A stretch of DNA of 64,000 bases from Roseburia sp. Its GTDB lineage: Bacteria; Bacillota; Clostridia; Lachnospirales; Lachnospiraceae. Positions 29,829 to 39,562 of the stretch are shown here, one piece after another (the stretch's first letter is position 1; each line of letters begins with the position of its first letter). A program made the position numbers and the translations under genes. The stretch covers positions 12,887-76,886 of the forward strand of contig JAPFDX010000034.1 of NCBI GenBank assembly GCA_026168605.1, read 5' to 3'. The notes beneath the pieces are model-generated. The model had not been told where the DNA came from. It saw only the letters and a list, made by a program, of their open reading frames with translations, and did not search any database.

Positions 29829-29875
29829 AAAAAGCACTGCTGCCCAAAATTCCCGGAAGTTTCAGGCGGCAGTGC
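29829..29875 (-). terminator. Intra-operon stem-loop with U-tract between the last BMC-H gene and pduL
   Basis: Minus strand GCACTGCCGCC-N20-GGCAGCAGTGC-TTTTT. Confidence 0.65.
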
Positions 29876-29886
29876 AAACCACACAA

Positions 29887-30165
29887 TTATTTGATTTTCG
29901 GAAGGATACCCTCCACATCCGTGTGCGGTCTTGGGATCACGTGCTGTGCTACAAGCTCGCCAAGTCTCTCTGCATTTGCTGCGCCCGCCTCTACGGCTGA
30001 TTTTACCGCGCCGACGTCGCCGCGCACCATGATCGTCACCAGACCAGAACCAATCTTCTCTGTTCCGACTAGTGTCACGTTTGCAGCTTTACACATCGTA
30101 TCCGCTGCCTCGATCGCTGCCGTAAGTCCCCTTGTCTCCACCATTCCTAATGCTTCCTGTGCCAT
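29887..30165 (-). CDS. BMC-H shell protein, PduA/EutM-like
   Basis: [45 protein letters not shown]. Confidence 0.95.
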   Translation of the reverse strand: MAQEALGMVETRGLTAAIEAADTMCKAANVTLVGTEKIGSGLVTIMVRGDVGAVKSAVEAGAANAERLGELVAQHVIPRPHTDVEGILPKIK

Positions 30166-30177
30166 AATAATTCCTCC

Positions 30178-30561
30178 TTATTCTTTTTCAGCCTTTTCTT
30201 CGTTTCCTTTTTGCCCTGCTTTTTCTTTTCCATCGGATTCCAAGAGTTCCGGCACATCCTCTCTCTTCTTCTGCAGCCGGCTGGCGCTTCTTGCAACCAG
30301 TCGTCTGATCTCCTGACACGGAGCTGCAATGATACCGGATGACGCCAGAATATGAGCATTTTCTCTGCAAATCCGGTCTGCCGCCTCAACAGCCGATTTC
30401 ACATCCGATACATCTCCCTCAACGATAATCGTCACCAGTCTGCCGCCAAGCTTGCGCTCCCATGTGACGAGCGAAACATCTGCTGCCTTACACATTGCAT
30501 CTAAAGAGTTGATTGCAGCAACAATGCCTGAAACCTCGATCAGTCCATATGAGCTGCTCAT
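30178..30561 (-). CDS. BMC-H shell protein with charged C-terminal extension
   Basis: YGLIEVSG, DAMCKAADV, GGRLVT, EGDVSDV, followed by a K/E-rich tail. Confidence 0.85.
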   Translation of the reverse strand: MSSSYGLIEVSGIVAAINSLDAMCKAADVSLVTWERKLGGRLVTIIVEGDVSDVKSAVEAADRICRENAHILASSGIIAAPCQEIRRLVARSASRLQKKREDVPELLESDGKEKAGQKGNEEKAEKE

Positions 30562-30564
30562 AAT

Positions 30565-30852
30565 TTATTTGCCCTGCGGAAATCCCGGAAGGATTTTTTC
30601 CACATCTGTGTGCGGTCTCGGGATCACGTGCTGTGCCACCAGTTCTCCCAGACGGCTTGCCGCTGCTGCGCCTGATTCCACGGACGCCTTCACTGCGCCG
30701 ACGTCGCCGCGCACCATGACTGTGACCAGACCGGAACCGATCTTTTCTGTTCCCACCAGCGATACCTCCGCTGACTTTGTCATTGCGTCTGCTGCCTCGA
30801 TCGCTGCTGTAAGTCCTCTTGTCTCTACCATTCCCAATGCTTCCTGTGCCAT
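30565..30852 (-). CDS. BMC-H shell protein, PduA/EutM-like (paralogue of 29887-30165)
   Basis: Nearly the same protein sequence as 29887-30165. Confidence 0.95.
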   Translation of the reverse strand: MAQEALGMVETRGLTAAIEAADAMTKSAEVSLVGTEKIGSGLVTVMVRGDVGAVKASVESGAAAASRLGELVAQHVIPRPHTDVEKILPGFPQGK

Positions 30853-30902
30853 TTTATTTCCTCTCTTTCCGCCTCTTTGGCTTGTTATACTTTTTTATTG
30901 AT

Positions 30903-31223
30903 TCAGTCTGCGTCAAAAGCGCAGATATCCAGCATTTTCAGCGTATCCTGTGTCGGTCTCGGGATAATGTGACTCTGCACCACCCCGGTAAGCGATTCCG
31001 CCATTGTCCGCCCCGCCTCCACGGCTTCCGTGACATCCTCCACGCTTCCGCGAAATTTGATCGTGACCAGCAGCGGTACTGGCAGCGTGTCTGCATTCGC
31101 CGGCTTGTTTTTATCAAACGGCTCCAGCGTCACATCCGCAGCCTTGCATCCGGCGTCTGCAGCCATAAAAGCCGTACACAGACCGAACACTTCCAAAATC
31201 CCTACTGCTCTCTCATCCATCAA
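30903..31223 (-). CDS. BMC-H shell protein with insertion (DKNKPANADTLPVP)
   Basis: AVGILEVFG, AADAGCKAADV, RGSVEDV, IIPRP. Confidence 0.85.
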   Translation of the reverse strand: MMDERAVGILEVFGLCTAFMAADAGCKAADVTLEPFDKNKPANADTLPVPLLVTIKFRGSVEDVTEAVEAGRTMAESLTGVVQSHIIPRPTQDTLKMLDICAFDAD

Positions 31224-31248
31224 AATGTCCTCCTTCTTTTTGCCTCAC

Positions 31249-32451
31249 TTAATCCGGCAAGACGGCAATCTTTAGTCCCGTCATCGCAAGATTTTTCTGA
31301 TATGCCTCATTGATCCGGCTAAGAGGATATTTATCGGTGATCAGATCCGCGATCGGAAGTCCGATCGCCTTTGCGCTCTTTAAGAAATCAAAGGTGGTCG
31401 CATAATCTCTCAGGGTATAAACCCAGCTTCCGACTGTCGTGATCTCCTTTGCGCAAATATCAAAATGCGGGTTGATCGTCGCATCTCCGCCATTGATGAA
31501 GAATCCAAGTTCACAAAGCCCTCCGCCGTTTCGGATAAACTTATAGATATTGCTGTGTCCTGCCGGAGAGCCGGTACACTGGAACGCAAAATCTGCCAGA
31601 TGACCGTCAAACTGCTTTTTGATTCCCTCTGCCATTTCCTCGGCGCCGTGATAATCAGTAAAATTGACACTGCCAGACGCACCGAGACGCTTTGCAAAAG
31701 ATAGCCTTCCCTCATTTCCATCCACCGCAACGATATTTCCAATTCCCATCGTCTTTAAGATCGCGATGCAGATCAACCCGATCGGTCCGCACCCCTGCAC
31801 GACAACCCTGCTGTTGAATCTTAAAATTCCCGTTGTCTTTGCGCGCTCAACGGCATGGATCAAAACCGCACACGGCTCGATCAAAATGCGTGAATCCAGA
31901 TCCAGCTCGCTGACATTAAAGAATGTCGAACCGCCCCGGATCAGTATGTAATCCGCGAACCAACCGTTTAAATGCACCTCATCATCCGGCAGCAGGCCAT
32001 AGACGTCTGCACCTCCGACATTCTGCTTATTTAGATCAAACATCGTGATGTCCGGGTTGTCTTTAAAGATCATACAAGTGACAATCTTATCGCCTACCCC
32101 CACCGACTTCCCCGCGCTGTCTGTTTTGACATTCTTTCCCATTTTCACGATCTCGCCCGTTCCCTCGTGTCCGAGCGCCACCGGGATCAGTCCGAACGGA
32201 TCGCGCTTAAACTCGTGCGCGTCTGTTCCGCAAATGCCGCATCCCTCTACCCTGACGAGGATATCGTCATCCCCGACCTCCGGCATCGGATATTCCCGAA
32301 TCTCAAAATGCTCCAGGGATGTGAGCATCGCAACGTGCGCCGTCTGCGGAATCCCCACAGCTCCAACGGAAGCCGTTTTTGCTGCAGTTCCCGAAAGATT
32401 GTCAAGCACCTGCTTTACAATCTCTTCCACACAAGAAGCATTTACTTCCAT
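31249..32451 (-). CDS. Zinc-dependent alcohol dehydrogenase (lactaldehyde/propionaldehyde reductase) with encapsulation peptide
   Basis: GICGTD, GHEG, GCGPIG; N-terminal CVEEIVKQVLDNL. Confidence 0.85.
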   Translation of the reverse strand: MEVNASCVEEIVKQVLDNLSGTAAKTASVGAVGIPQTAHVAMLTSLEHFEIREYPMPEVGDDDILVRVEGCGICGTDAHEFKRDPFGLIPVALGHEGTGEIVKMGKNVKTDSAGKSVGVGDKIVTCMIFKDNPDITMFDLNKQNVGGADVYGLLPDDEVHLNGWFADYILIRGGSTFFNVSELDLDSRILIEPCAVLIHAVERAKTTGILRFNSRVVVQGCGPIGLICIAILKTMGIGNIVAVDGNEGRLSFAKRLGASGSVNFTDYHGAEEMAEGIKKQFDGHLADFAFQCTGSPAGHSNIYKFIRNGGGLCELGFFINGGDATINPHFDICAKEITTVGSWVYTLRDYATTFDFLKSAKAIGLPIADLITDKYPLSRINEAYQKNLAMTGLKIAVLPD

Positions 32452-32484
32452 ATTGCTTTACCTCCATATTCTTCCGCGCACCCT

Positions 32485-33876
32485 CTATCGGATGCACAGA
32501 CTGTCTGACATTGTACACCGTCTGCGTTTTGTAAATGTCGCCGCGCTCGTCAGTCCCTCTCCTGTACGGCTTGCAATGGTAAATGTCGGAAATCCCTCCC
32601 CGCCAAAACCAAGCGCCGCATAGGACGGACCGTTCTTTACCAGGATTGCCGTGTCCATCGCTCTTGCATATTCCGTGATCCTGTCAACATTCTTGGAGTG
32701 GATGTGTGCGGAATGACGATTCCCGTGTTCCAGCCACACCGCCTGCTCCACTGCATCTTTGAAATCCTTTGCGCGCACAATTCCAAGGATCGGCATCATC
32801 AACTCCTCCCTGATCAGAGGATGTTCCTTTTCCCCTTCAAAAATAATGCATCGGATATTGTCGGGAACTTCCACTCCTACCATTGCAAGCAACACCTTTG
32901 CACTCCTGCCGACACACTTGCGGTTTAACGCCCCTTTTTCATTCAGCACCGTCGCGATCAGTTTCTCCTGCACTTCTTTTGAAGCCAGATAACACCCTTG
33001 CTCCCGTGTCATATAACGCATCAGTTCATCGCAGATGGCATCTACCGCAACGACCTCCTTTTCCGCAATACACGGAAGGTTATTGTCAAACGTGCATCCG
33101 TTGACGATATCCTCCGCCGCCTTGCGGACGTCCGCCGTCTCATCCACCAGCGCAGGAGGATTTCCTGCGCCTGCGCCGATCCCACGCTTTCCGCTTGATA
33201 AGACTGCCGTCACAACACCCGGTCCTCCGGTTGCAACGAGCAGCGGAATATCCTTATGCTTCATCATCACAGCGCTTGTATCAAGTGTGGGTTTCTCCAC
33301 CGTGCACGCGATGTTGTCCGGTCCTCCCGCCTCAAGCGATGCCTCATTTAACAGATTCACCGCGTAGATGGAAGTGCGGATCGCCTGCGGATGCGGATTA
33401 AATACAACGGTATTCCCGCCTGCAAGCATTCCCATCGTGTTGCAGAGCACTGTCTCGCTTGGATTTGTACACGGTGTGATCGCACCGATCACTCCGAAAG
33501 GTCCCATCTCCACAAGCGTCAGTCCCCTGTCGCCCGACCACGCCGTCGTAACAATGTCCTCTGTTCCCGGAGTCTTTTCCGCCACGAGCAGATGCTTTAA
33601 AATCTTGTCCCCGACATTTCCCATACCGGTCTCCTCGACGCCCATACGCGCCATCGTCTCGGCATTCTCCTTGATTTTTCCCCTCATACTCGTGATAATC
33701 TTCTCTCTCTGGTCCATCGACATCACACGTATCTGTTTTTGCGCTTCCTTTGCATTTTCAATCGCCGTATTCATATCAGAAAATACGCCGTGCAAACCGC
33801 CGGCATTGCCGCTCATCTGCATCTTCGCCATAACTTCCCCGACAATATTTCTGATCTGGCTCTCTGTTATTTCCAA
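32485..33876 (-). CDS. pduP: CoA-acylating aldehyde dehydrogenase PduP/EutE with encapsulation peptide
   Basis: TPCTNPSET, FNPHP, ATGGPGV, GAGNPP, FDNNLPCIAEK, ELMMP; N-terminal SQIRNIVGEVMAKM. Confidence 0.92.
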   Translation of the reverse strand: MEITESQIRNIVGEVMAKMQMSGNAGGLHGVFSDMNTAIENAKEAQKQIRVMSMDQREKIITSMRGKIKENAETMARMGVEETGMGNVGDKILKHLLVAEKTPGTEDIVTTAWSGDRGLTLVEMGPFGVIGAITPCTNPSETVLCNTMGMLAGGNTVVFNPHPQAIRTSIYAVNLLNEASLEAGGPDNIACTVEKPTLDTSAVMMKHKDIPLLVATGGPGVVTAVLSSGKRGIGAGAGNPPALVDETADVRKAAEDIVNGCTFDNNLPCIAEKEVVAVDAICDELMRYMTREQGCYLASKEVQEKLIATVLNEKGALNRKCVGRSAKVLLAMVGVEVPDNIRCIIFEGEKEHPLIREELMMPILGIVRAKDFKDAVEQAVWLEHGNRHSAHIHSKNVDRITEYARAMDTAILVKNGPSYAALGFGGEGFPTFTIASRTGEGLTSAATFTKRRRCTMSDSLCIR

Positions 33877-34346
33877 GCTATCACATCCTTTAATTTGTTT
33901 TTTCCATATCTGCCAAGCATCGTATCCTGCTCGGCCGTTCCACCGCTGACGCCAAGCGCTCCTATCATCAGATCTCCCCGGTAAAGAGGTTCGCCGCCGC
34001 CAAAAATAACAATTTTTCCATCGTTGGTATTCTGGATCCCATACAATTCTCCGCCCGGTGCCGCAAGAGCTGCGAGCCGGTCGGTAGGCATCTGAAACGC
34101 CACAGCCGTATAGGTTTTATTTAACGCCACATCGTAGCTGCCGATATACGCGCCGTCCATACAGTGCACGGCTACCGGTCTTCCCGAGGCGTCCGATACT
34201 GCAACGACGGCTTTCACACCCATTTCTTCCGCCTTTTTCTCAACCTGCCCTATCAAAGCAGTTGCCAGCTTCAAATTCATCGCAGATTTCATTTCAAGCT
34301 CCTGCACAATTTTTTGTACCGCAGCTTCGATGTCCCGATTTTCCAT
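33867..34346 (-). CDS. GlcG/HbpS (PduO C-terminal) heme-binding domain protein with encapsulation peptide
   Basis: VVAVSDASG, MDGA, ALNKTYTA, FGGG.P, GALGVSGG..EQD; N-terminal DIEAAVQKIVQEL. Confidence 0.8.
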   Translation of the reverse strand: MENRDIEAAVQKIVQELEMKSAMNLKLATALIGQVEKKAEEMGVKAVVAVSDASGRPVAVHCMDGAYIGSYDVALNKTYTAVAFQMPTDRLAALAAPGGELYGIQNTNDGKIVIFGGGEPLYRGDLMIGALGVSGGTAEQDTMLGRYGKNKLKDVIAWK

Positions 34347-34366
34347 AGCCCCTCCTGCCTGTCAGG

Positions 34367-35239
34367 CTACTTCATCTCCGCAATGACTTTTCTGACAATT
34401 TCTGCGATCAGCGCCGTATCTGTGCCTGTGCCGGAAGAGGACTGACTTGCGGACGCGGTTTCACGATCGCAGTCACACCCGAAATTGTACTCATATCCAG
34501 GCATATTTCTATATTCTGCAGTTCCACAGCTTCCGCAATTATGACAGTTCTCCCCATCCTTATTTAAACAGAGATTTGCAGGATGTTTGCCCGGAAGCCC
34601 AAACTTACGGCGGATCTCATAGAGTTTTTTGATATTCTCTTTGTCAAATTCCTTCGGTCCGCCGAGCATTTTTGACTTGTAGAGCAGCTCCGCATAAAAT
34701 TCAAGACTTTCCATTTTGTGGTAAGCTGCCAGAAGATCCGTACTCCATGTAAGCGCTCCATGATTTTCCAGAAGCACCGCGTCAAAATATGGCAGATACT
34801 TTTCCAGATTGTCCGGAATTTCCATTGTGGACGGTGTGCCATACTCCGCGATCGGAACACACCCAAGAGCGATCACCGCCTCCGGCATGATCGGCTGTGT
34901 CAGCGGGATACCGGCGATCGCAAAAGCCGTCGCAAAGGTCGGATGCGCATGAACCACAGATCCAATGTCAGGACGCTTCTGATATACACGCATATGCATC
35001 TTGATCTCGGATGACGGCTTAAATCCTTTATTTGCCTGGATCACATCTCCGTTCTCATCCACCTTGCAAATGTACTCCGGCGTCATAAAGCCTTTTGACA
35101 CTCCGGTCGGTGTACATAAAAACTCGTGATCATTCAGCTTCACAGAAATGTTTCCATCGTTGGCAGCAACCATGTTCCGGTTGTAGATCCTTCTGCCAAT
35201 CTCACAAATCTGCTTTTTAATCTCCATTTCGTTTACCAT
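34367..35239 (-). CDS. fucA: Class II aldolase (L-fuculose-1-phosphate aldolase) with Cys-rich linker and C-terminal encapsulation peptide
   Basis: DGNISV, TPTGVSK, PSSEIKMH, VVHAHP, LENHG; C-terminal LIAEIVRKVIAEMK. Confidence 0.85.
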   Translation of the reverse strand: MVNEMEIKKQICEIGRRIYNRNMVAANDGNISVKLNDHEFLCTPTGVSKGFMTPEYICKVDENGDVIQANKGFKPSSEIKMHMRVYQKRPDIGSVVHAHPTFATAFAIAGIPLTQPIMPEAVIALGCVPIAEYGTPSTMEIPDNLEKYLPYFDAVLLENHGALTWSTDLLAAYHKMESLEFYAELLYKSKMLGGPKEFDKENIKKLYEIRRKFGLPGKHPANLCLNKDGENCHNCGSCGTAEYRNMPGYEYNFGCDCDRETASASQSSSGTGTDTALIAEIVRKVIAEMK

Positions 35240-35316
35240 AATGCAGTTCCTCCTAAACTTTTTGTTCTTTTATTGTTGATCACTGCTCCCGCTGCCACAT
35301 GGCAGACGGCAGACAG

Positions 35317-35766
35317 CTATAACTCCCTTACTTCGTCCTGATCTTCCCTCAGGTACGCGAGAATTTCCAACACCCCGGTCCCCGCTTTGGAATTCACATG
35401 AAAAATTGTCTTGCACCCTGCAATCTCAAGCCATCTGTCTGCCAGTGGGATATTGGCTTCCGGCAGGTCTATTTTCGTCACGATCCCAATACAGTCCCGG
35501 TTCGCCTGACAAGTCACATTCGGCGGAAACAAGGAGTACGGCTCATTTGCCGCCACCAAAATCCCAACCACATCCGCCTCATATGTATAAAGTGCCAGAG
35601 CTTTTCCAAGTCTGTGACTCTGCGCATACTCACCCGGCGTGTCAATGACGCTCTCGTAATGTTTCACATACTGTGTCTTATAGTAGCGGATCTCCTCACC
35701 GCGGAGCGCCTGTGTCAGAGTTGTCTTTCCCGCCTGACTTCTGCCCATCAAAATCAGCTTTTTCAT
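35317..35766 (-). CDS. pduV: PduV/EutP small GTPase-like protein
   Basis: GRSQAGKTTL, IDTPGEY, VTKID. Confidence 0.88.
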   Translation of the reverse strand: MKKLILMGRSQAGKTTLTQALRGEEIRYYKTQYVKHYESVIDTPGEYAQSHRLGKALALYTYEADVVGILVAANEPYSLFPPNVTCQANRDCIGIVTKIDLPEANIPLADRWLEIAGCKTIFHVNSKAGTGVLEILAYLREDQDEVREL

Positions 35767-36119
35767 GTCTTTGTGACAGGGCAGACCGTATAACCTAATT
35801 TTTCTTCGACATAATCCCGCATTGCCTCCATTGCGGCATCCACCTCACTGACCGTTCCTGTCAGAATTAAAGATCCGCTGAAACGGTCTACAAAACCAAG
35901 CGCGATCCCACTCGCTTTCATCGCGATATCCGCCATGATGATCGCCGTCTCAGAAGGTGTGACAGTCACCACGCCGATCGCGCCCTTTTCATAGTCGAGA
36001 CGGGGATCCAGACCCAGCTTTTCGTAGAGTGTACGGTCAGGACTTGCAATAATGTGTGCCAGGGTCACCTGACGCCCCGGAACACTCTCCTGAATGATCC
36101 GCATACCATTGTCTATCAT
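35763..36119 (-). CDS. pduU: Circularly permuted BMC-H, PduU/EutS-like
   Basis: RIIQESVPGRQVTLAHII, AIGVVTVTPSE, DRFSGSL; start uncertain (36119 or slightly upstream). Confidence 0.88.
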   Translation of the reverse strand: MIDNGMRIIQESVPGRQVTLAHIIASPDRTLYEKLGLDPRLDYEKGAIGVVTVTPSETAIIMADIAMKASGIALGFVDRFSGSLILTGTVSEVDAAMEAMRDYVEEKLGYTVCPVTKT

Positions 36120-36136
36120 TCTTGTATCCAACTCTC

Positions 36137-36931
36137 TCAGCCTCCAATCTGACATTCCAGCCGCGACACGCTCTCTGCCGTTTTCTTAAGCATCTGCATA
36201 TATTCTGGCTCCGGCGGCAGAATCTCTTTCAGCATATACTCTCTGGAAAGCCTCTCATACTTATCCTGCCCTAATCTGTGGTAAGGAAGGAGATGGATTT
36301 TTTTCACTCCCGGAAGTTTATCCGCGAACTGTGCGATCGCTGCGATCTCCTCCGGTCTGTCATTGAACGTCGGCACAACCGGAACGCGGATCACGAGTTC
36401 CGTCATTCCCGATTCCGCGATTTTTCTTGCGTTTGCAAGCATCAGTTCATTGCGCTTTCCGGTGAACTTCCTATGCTTTTCGGGATCCATGTGCTTGATA
36501 TCCATCAAATATGTATCGAGCCAGGGCAATATCTGTGCGATCGTCTCATATGGCGCACATCCCATACTCTCCATCGCAGTGCCGATCCCGCGTTCTTTCG
36601 CCGCACGGAGCAGCGCCGCTGCAAACTCAGGCTGGCACAGGCTCTCCCCACCGGAAAGAGTCATTCCGCCTCCGCTTTTCCGGTAATAATTCCTATCTTT
36701 CTCGACGACCTCCATGACGTCCTCTACCGTCACATCCCTGCCCATGACCTTGGGTTTGCCGTCGACCATCATGGTCTCTGTCTCAAACTTCTGTGATTCC
36801 GGATTGCAGCACCAGAGACATCGCAGCACACACCCCTTCAAAAACACAATGGTGCGGATGCCGTTTCCGTCATGGATAGAATAACGCTGGATATCAAAAA
36901 TCCTTCCCTTTGTATGTAGCCACTCCTCCAT
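36137..36931 (-). CDS. Glycyl-radical activating enzyme (radical SAM), short form without ferredoxin insert
   Basis: HDGNGIRT, CVLRCLWCCNPES, SGGE, YHRLG; start ATG 36931 behind AGGAGG (the track start at 37171 lies inside the GRE gene). Confidence 0.92.
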   Translation of the reverse strand: MEEWLHTKGRIFDIQRYSIHDGNGIRTIVFLKGCVLRCLWCCNPESQKFETETMMVDGKPKVMGRDVTVEDVMEVVEKDRNYYRKSGGGMTLSGGESLCQPEFAAALLRAAKERGIGTAMESMGCAPYETIAQILPWLDTYLMDIKHMDPEKHRKFTGKRNELMLANARKIAESGMTELVIRVPVVPTFNDRPEEIAAIAQFADKLPGVKKIHLLPYHRLGQDKYERLSREYMLKEILPPEPEYMQMLKKTAESVSRLECQIGG

Positions 36932-36941
36932 ACGCTTCCTC

Positions 36942-39470
36942 CTAGAACCCCTGCTCCGTCCGCCTGATGATATCGTCCTGCAGACTCTTTGAAAGCGTTG
37001 TGAACAACGCGCTGTACCCGGCCACACGCACAACCAGATGCTTATACTTATCTGGATGCTTCTGCGCATCCAGAAGCGTCTCTTTCGACACGACGTTAAA
37101 TTGCATATGACTGCCTTTCTGATCAAAATAAGTTCGGATGAGGCTGACAAAATTATCAAGTCCCGATACACCGCTCAGTGCAGACGGATGAAACTTTTGA
37201 TTGAACAGCGTACCGTTTGATGCAATCCCGTGATCCAGGACAGAAACAGAATTAGCTGCGGCCGTCGGTCCGTTGACGTCCTTTCCCGCCGTCGGCGAGA
37301 CGCCGTCCGCTACTGGGACACCCGCAAGTCTGCCGTCCGGCGTTGCCCCTGTCTGCGCCCCCAGCGGCACATTCGCCGATACGGGATAAAGTCCCGCCTG
37401 AAAGATACCACCGCGCGGGTTTCGATAATTTAATAACGGCTTTGTATAAATATAAGCAGCGTCTCTGGCAAAAAGATCCACCTCTTCCTCGTCGTTTCCG
37501 AACTTCGGCACTTCCTCGATCAGATCCAGAAGTTTCTGATATTTCTTCTGCTGCTCCGGAGTAACCGCCTTTGCGATGATCTGTTCCGCCGCTTCTGCCA
37601 CCATTGCTGCTTCCGGTCTTACTCCCTGACTTACCAGCTCACCGGCTACCTTGCCCGCTATCTGTGCAACGACAAGCGGATGTTTCACATCCTTCCCATA
37701 ATTAAACAACAAGGCGTTTTTATATTCTGACATGGAGACTTTTTTCTCGTCATACACCAGCTTCTTTACGGCATATAAGGAATCTGCCACATTCGCGATC
37801 CCAAACCCCTGCGGTCCTGTAAAGTTGTAGACACAGCCTCCCTGTTCGCAGGTCTTTCCCCGCCTGATGCAGTCGTCCACCATGCTCGCCAAAAACGGCA
37901 GCGGCGCGCGCTCTGCATGAGCCTGGTCGATCGCGTTGTCCGCGTTGACTAAAAGTGAAATAAAATATTCCATCTGCGTCCGGTACGCCTCATAGACCTC
38001 TTCAAATGTCTGCATCTGCTCTACACATCCCGTTTTCGGTCCGATCTGCTCCCCGCAATCCATACCATTGTTGAATGTAATCTCCAACGGACGGCACATA
38101 TTAAAGAACGCCGCGTCATGCCATCCGTTTGTCTTTCCCGCCTTCTGAGGCTCAACGCATCCTATGATATTGTAGGTTCTTGCATCCTCAAGTGTCAGCC
38201 CGCGGCTCATAAGCGATGGGATGATCACTTCGTCGTTATAGTACGCCGGAAGCCCTATGCCGGTTCTCGTCAGTTCCGCCGCCCGGATCAAAAGCTCATG
38301 AGGCGAACCGTTCCAAACACGGATAGAAAGCGACGGCTGTGGCAAAAACACGTGCATGGAAGCGTCAATGCACATAAATGACAGATCGTTTGTCACATCC
38401 CTGCCATGTTCATCCTGCCCGCCGACGATCAGATTCTGGAACAGGCTGTAACCCGCAAATCCCTTCGCACTGTCCGCATCCCTGCATTTATTCAGGTCAT
38501 TGAGCTTTACCCAGATACAGTCGATCAGTTCCTGTGCAAACTCTCTCGTGAGTTTTCCCGCCGCAATGTCCCTGCTGTAATACGGATACATATACTGGTC
38601 AAAACGCCCGGGTGAAATTGAGTGCCCCGAAGACTCTATTTGCAGAAGCTGCTGCACGAACCAGAAACTCTGACACGCCTGGTAAAAACTTTGCGCTCCC
38701 TTTGCCGGTACTCTCTCACAATTTTCAGCAATCACAAGGAGCTCTCCCCTGCGCTTTTCGTCCCTGCACTCTGCCGCCTGCCTTCTCGCGAGAACCGCAT
38801 AGCGCTGTGCATATCCGATCGCCGCGCGGCAGCTGATGATCACAGCCTCAAGAAAACGGCTCTTTGTCGCGTAATCCGCATCACCGAAATCACACCGCGC
38901 CAGTTCCTTCTCTGCCTCGTTTAAAATCCCCTCATAACCGATCGCAAGCACCTTCTCATACTGCACTGTCACATGACCAACGCCGTTATAAAAGTAATTG
39001 CCCGGCGTAAACACATTGTGCTCCATCGCCTTTCGCGCCTCTGGCGCCATGTAAGCAGTCGCCAGCTCACTCGTAGTTTTCCCTTTCCAGTAAGCGTCTG
39101 CCTCTCGCAGTTTTTTCTTCGTCTCCTCCGAGATATAAAACGGATCCGCTTCCCGATGCTCTACCGTGTCAAATTCTTTCTCCAGCCATTCATAAGAAAA
39201 TTCCGGGAATGTCTGGCATCCTCTCGGCGCGATCGTTGAGCTCCCCACGATCAGCTCACCCTCACGTATAATGATCGGAAGGTTCTCCAGAATATGCGCA
39301 AACGCCTTTGCCCTGCGCAAAACCATCGGCTCGTCCTCAGTCTGACGATAGGATTCTGTGATCAGCACTGCCCTTGCCGATTCTATCTCCGGCAATTTCA
39401 CATACAAATGTTCCACAAGCTTTGTAATCCTGTCTGTCTTTGGAACTCTTACACTATTGTATTTTTTCAT
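36942..39470 (-). CDS. Glycyl-radical 1,2-propanediol dehydratase (B12-independent)
   Basis: GCVEP, RVAGYS; GVGH, GYSLFQNL, HDAAFFN and GLYPVSAN match propanediol-dehydratase rather than PFL or glycerol-dehydratase motifs as recalled; amphipathic insert VVAQIAGKVAGELV; BMC context. Confidence 0.85.
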   Translation of the reverse strand: MKKYNSVRVPKTDRITKLVEHLYVKLPEIESARAVLITESYRQTEDEPMVLRRAKAFAHILENLPIIIREGELIVGSSTIAPRGCQTFPEFSYEWLEKEFDTVEHREADPFYISEETKKKLREADAYWKGKTTSELATAYMAPEARKAMEHNVFTPGNYFYNGVGHVTVQYEKVLAIGYEGILNEAEKELARCDFGDADYATKSRFLEAVIISCRAAIGYAQRYAVLARRQAAECRDEKRRGELLVIAENCERVPAKGAQSFYQACQSFWFVQQLLQIESSGHSISPGRFDQYMYPYYSRDIAAGKLTREFAQELIDCIWVKLNDLNKCRDADSAKGFAGYSLFQNLIVGGQDEHGRDVTNDLSFMCIDASMHVFLPQPSLSIRVWNGSPHELLIRAAELTRTGIGLPAYYNDEVIIPSLMSRGLTLEDARTYNIIGCVEPQKAGKTNGWHDAAFFNMCRPLEITFNNGMDCGEQIGPKTGCVEQMQTFEEVYEAYRTQMEYFISLLVNADNAIDQAHAERAPLPFLASMVDDCIRRGKTCEQGGCVYNFTGPQGFGIANVADSLYAVKKLVYDEKKVSMSEYKNALLFNYGKDVKHPLVVAQIAGKVAGELVSQGVRPEAAMVAEAAEQIIAKAVTPEQQKKYQKLLDLIEEVPKFGNDEEEVDLFARDAAYIYTKPLLNYRNPRGGIFQAGLYPVSANVPLGAQTGATPDGRLAGVPVADGVSPTAGKDVNGPTAAANSVSVLDHGIASNGTLFNQKFHPSALSGVSGLDNFVSLIRTYFDQKGSHMQFNVVSKETLLDAQKHPDKYKHLVVRVAGYSALFTTLSKSLQDDIIRRTEQGF

Positions 39471-39562
39471 GGATCCACCTCACATTCACTGCGCATTTAA
39501 AATTCCTCAAAATCCAAAAGGATTTTTTTCTTTTCCCTCACAAATCCAACACTGTTTTCTTC

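Noticed and set aside
28810-30000. Long plus-strand ORFs in the track (e.g. 28810-30000, 1278-1985, 3751-4515, 14617-15423, 24194-24718 minus)
   Set aside because: They are antisense shadows of well-supported genes, with no recognisable motifs.
36942-39470. Pyruvate formate-lyase or choline TMA-lyase
   Set aside because: Single-Cys GCVEP rather than the PFL CC pair; motifs and the fucose/BMC context fit propanediol dehydratase.
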